Source of the DNA: Anaeromyxobacter sp.
GTDB taxonomy: Bacteria; Myxococcota; Myxococcia; Myxococcales; Anaeromyxobacteraceae
Direction of reading: 5' to 3'
Assembly (NCBI GenBank): GCA_049840735.1
Contig: JASGJN010000022.1
Coordinates: 192,001-256,000 of the forward strand
Length of the DNA: 64,000 bases
Position numbers and translations under genes: made by a program. Below are positions 61,795-64,000 of this stretch, one piece after another. Numbering within the stretch: the stretch's first letter is position 1; every line of letters starts with the position of its first letter. The notes below the pieces were generated by a model that did no database searches, was not told where the DNA came from, and worked only from the letters and a program-made list of their open reading frames with translations.

Positions 61795-62475
61795 CTAGCG
61801 CCCGCGCGGCGGCTTGCCGGCGGCGGCCAGCACCGCGTCCACCGCCGCGGGCGGGAGCGGCTCGCACCGCCCGGCGGCGCGGGCCAGCAGCGCGATGCGC
61901 GCCACCCGCTCCAGCGTCTCCATCCGGTCGAAGGCCTCGGCCAGCGTGTGCCCCAGGGCCAGCGCGCCGTGGCGCTCCAGCAGGAACACCTCGTGGCCGG
62001 CCAGGTGCGGCGCCAGCGCGGCCGGCAGCTCGTCGGTGCCCGGGGTGGCGAACGGCACGCGCGCGATGGGCCCCAGCGTCACCGCCGCCTCCGGCACCAG
62101 GTCGTCCGGCGGCGGCAGCCCCGCCACCGTCAGCGCCACCGCGGTGAGCGGGTGGGCGTGCACCGCGGCCGCCGCGTCCGGCCGGGCGGCGTAGGCGGCC
62201 AGGTGCATGCGCACCTCGGTGGAGGCGCGCCCCGTCCCGCGCACCACCTGGCCGGACCCGTCCACGACCACCAGGTCGGCGGGCGCCAGCCGCGCCTTGT
62301 TCGCGCCCGACGGCGTGACCAGGAAGAGCCCGGGGCAGAGCCGGGCCGAGACGTTCCCCTCCGCGGCGCCGATCAGGTCGCGGGCGTGCAGCGCCCGGCA
62401 GACCTCGATCAGCTCGGCCCGGAGCAGGGCCTCGGCGGTGCGCGGCGCGCGGCGCAGGGCAGGGCGGTCCGGCAT
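61795..62475 (-). CDS. Class II aldolase/adducin-family protein
   Basis: EGNVSAR, TPSG, STE..MH, VHAHP, LERHG. Confidence 0.88.
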   Translation of the reverse strand: MPDRPALRRAPRTAEALLRAELIEVCRALHARDLIGAAEGNVSARLCPGLFLVTPSGANKARLAPADLVVVDGSGQVVRGTGRASTEVRMHLAAYAARPDAAAAVHAHPLTAVALTVAGLPPPDDLVPEAAVTLGPIARVPFATPGTDELPAALAPHLAGHEVFLLERHGALALGHTLAEAFDRMETLERVARIALLARAAGRCEPLPPAAVDAVLAAAGKPPRGR

Positions 62476-62478
62476 GGC

Positions 62479-63549
62479 CTAGAGGATCTTGGCGGCCAGC
62501 AGGTCCTGGACGTCGAGCAGGCCCACCGGCCGCCCCTCCTCGTCCACCACCGGCACCTGGTCGATGCGGGCCTGGCGCAGCACGCGGGCCGCGTCCACCA
62601 CCAGGCCGTCCGGGCGGACCGTGCGCGGGTTCTTCCCCATGGCCGTGGCCACCGGGCGTGCGAAGTCGGTCTGGTGGTGCTCCACCAGCCGGCGCAGGTC
62701 ACCGTCGGTGAAGATGCCCACCAGCTTGCCCTGCGCGTCGGTGACCGAGGTGGCGCCGGGCCGGCCGGGGGTCTCGGTCATGACCGCCACCGCGGCCGAG
62801 AGCGGCTGGTCCTCCCGCACCACCGGGTTGGCCTCGCTGGCGCGCATCAGCTCGCGGACCTTCATCAGGCCGCGCCCCAGCTTCCCGCCCGGGTGGAAGA
62901 GCGCGTACTCCTCCTTGTCGAAGGGGCGGTTGGCCAGCACGGTCATGGCCAGCGCGTCGCCCACCGCCAGCAGCACGGCGGTGGACGCGGTGGGGGCGAG
63001 CCCCATCGGGCAGGCCTCCTCGACGTTGCCGATGGCCAGCACCAGGTCGGCCGCGCGGGCCAGCGGGTTCACCCGGTCCCGCGTCATGGCGACGATCCGG
63101 ACGCCCATCTTCTTGAGCGCGGGGAGGAGGCGCAGGATCTCCTCGGTCTCGCCCGAGTTGGAGAGGGCGAAGACCACGTCGTCCCGCGCGATGCGCCCCA
63201 GGTCGCCGTGGGCCGCCTCCGCCGGGTGGACGTACAGCGAGGGGGTGCCGGTGGAGGCCAGGGTGGCGGAGATCTTCTGGGCCACGAACCCCGGCTTTCC
63301 CATGCCGGTGATCACCACCCGGCCCTTGCAGGACAGGATCCAGCGGACCGCCTGGGCGAACCCCTCGTCCAGCGGCACGGCGCCGATGGCGCGGGCCTCG
63401 GCCTCGACCACCGTCCGCGCGTAGGCGAGCAGGTCCCGGGTCTGCGGCTTGCGCGCCGGGGCCGGCGGGCGGGCCTTCCGTGCGGGGGAGGCGGCGGTCG
63501 CGGAGCGGCGGGGGAAGCGGACCACGCGGGCTTTCGGGCGGCTGGCCAT
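62479..63549 (-). CDS. kdsD: KpsF/GutQ-family arabinose-5-phosphate isomerase (SIS + CBS)
   Basis: TGMGK, STGTP, HPAEAAHGDLG, SNSGET.E, APTAST, HPGGKLG, GIFTDGDLRR. Confidence 0.88.
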   Translation of the reverse strand: MASRPKARVVRFPRRSATAASPARKARPPAPARKPQTRDLLAYARTVVEAEARAIGAVPLDEGFAQAVRWILSCKGRVVITGMGKPGFVAQKISATLASTGTPSLYVHPAEAAHGDLGRIARDDVVFALSNSGETEEILRLLPALKKMGVRIVAMTRDRVNPLARAADLVLAIGNVEEACPMGLAPTASTAVLLAVGDALAMTVLANRPFDKEEYALFHPGGKLGRGLMKVRELMRASEANPVVREDQPLSAAVAVMTETPGRPGATSVTDAQGKLVGIFTDGDLRRLVEHHQTDFARPVATAMGKNPRTVRPDGLVVDAARVLRQARIDQVPVVDEEGRPVGLLDVQDLLAAKIL

Positions 63550-63632
63550 CGGGGGTTGTCTAGCACTTTCCAGGCCGTGGCGGCAGGTCGGCGCGTAGGC
63601 TACAGAACCCCCGTACAACCATCGGAGGCTAC

Positions 63633-64000
63633 ATGCAGTTCTTCATCGATTCGGCGGACGTCGGCGAGATCCGGAAGGCCCTGTCCATGGGCCTCTGCGA
63701 CGGGGTGACGACCAACCCCTCGCTGGTGGCCAAGACCGGCCGCGCCTTCGACGAGGTCCTGAAGGAGATCGTCTCCTTCGTCCCCGGCCCCATCTCCGCC
63801 GAGGTCACCGCCGTCGAGCACGACGGGATGATCCAGGAGGCGCACCACTACGCCAAGTTCGGCGAGCAGGTGGTGATCAAAATCCCGCTCATCCCCGAGG
63901 GGCTGCGCGCGGTGAAGACGCTCTCCGAGGAGGGCGTGAAGACCAACGTCACGCTCTGCTTCTCCGCCGTGCAGGCGCTCCTCGCGGCCAAGGCGGGCGC
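63633..64000 (+). CDS. Transaldolase / fructose-6-phosphate aldolase family, 3' truncated by window end
   Basis: [16 protein letters not shown]...[30 protein letters not shown]. Confidence 0.9.
   Translation, partial: MQFFIDSADVGEIRKALSMGLCDGVTTNPSLVAKTGRAFDEVLKEIVSFVPGPISAEVTAVEHDGMIQEAHHYAKFGEQVVIKIPLIPEGLRAVKTLSEEGVKTNVTLCFSAVQALLAAKAG

Overview
A very GC-rich bacterial chromosome segment. The gene content (TIGR04551-type outer-membrane protein, membrane Ser/Thr kinase, single-domain hemerythrins, poly-HAMP chemoreceptor, argH-lipoprotein-lysA-dapA-dapB) suggests an Anaeromyxobacter-like myxobacterium; this is an inference. Most genes are housekeeping or envelope genes: hisC, hisS, pepA, queF, argH, lysA, dapA, dapB, folK, kdsD-like, a transaldolase-family gene, a sugar ABC transporter, glycosyltransferases and two OPT transporters. 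Main findings: (1) A complete IS110-family, IS1111-type element (14810-16238) sits precisely at the AG core of a REP-like repeat. Its ~300-nt right-end non-coding region holds short matches to both flanks of the target and to the element's own junctions, making it a candidate seek/bridge RNA, and empty target copies occur elsewhere in the window. (2) A family of GTAG-type REP-like repeats has conserved ends and a covarying hairpin. (3) Eight of nine apparent frameshifts, plus many odd substitutions, fall at or next to GATC. This points to consensus errors caused by a DNA modification at GATC rather than real pseudogenes. (4) A two-gene module (small beta-barrel-like protein plus Cys-rich glycerophosphodiesterase lipoprotein) is tandemly duplicated next to a PAP2 gene scar. 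(5) There is an orphan N6-adenine-type methyltransferase, a J-domain protein with MshEN-like repeats, and two sigma-54-type promoters. No rRNA, tRNA or CRISPR array was seen. All family assignments come from motif recognition by eye, not database searches.
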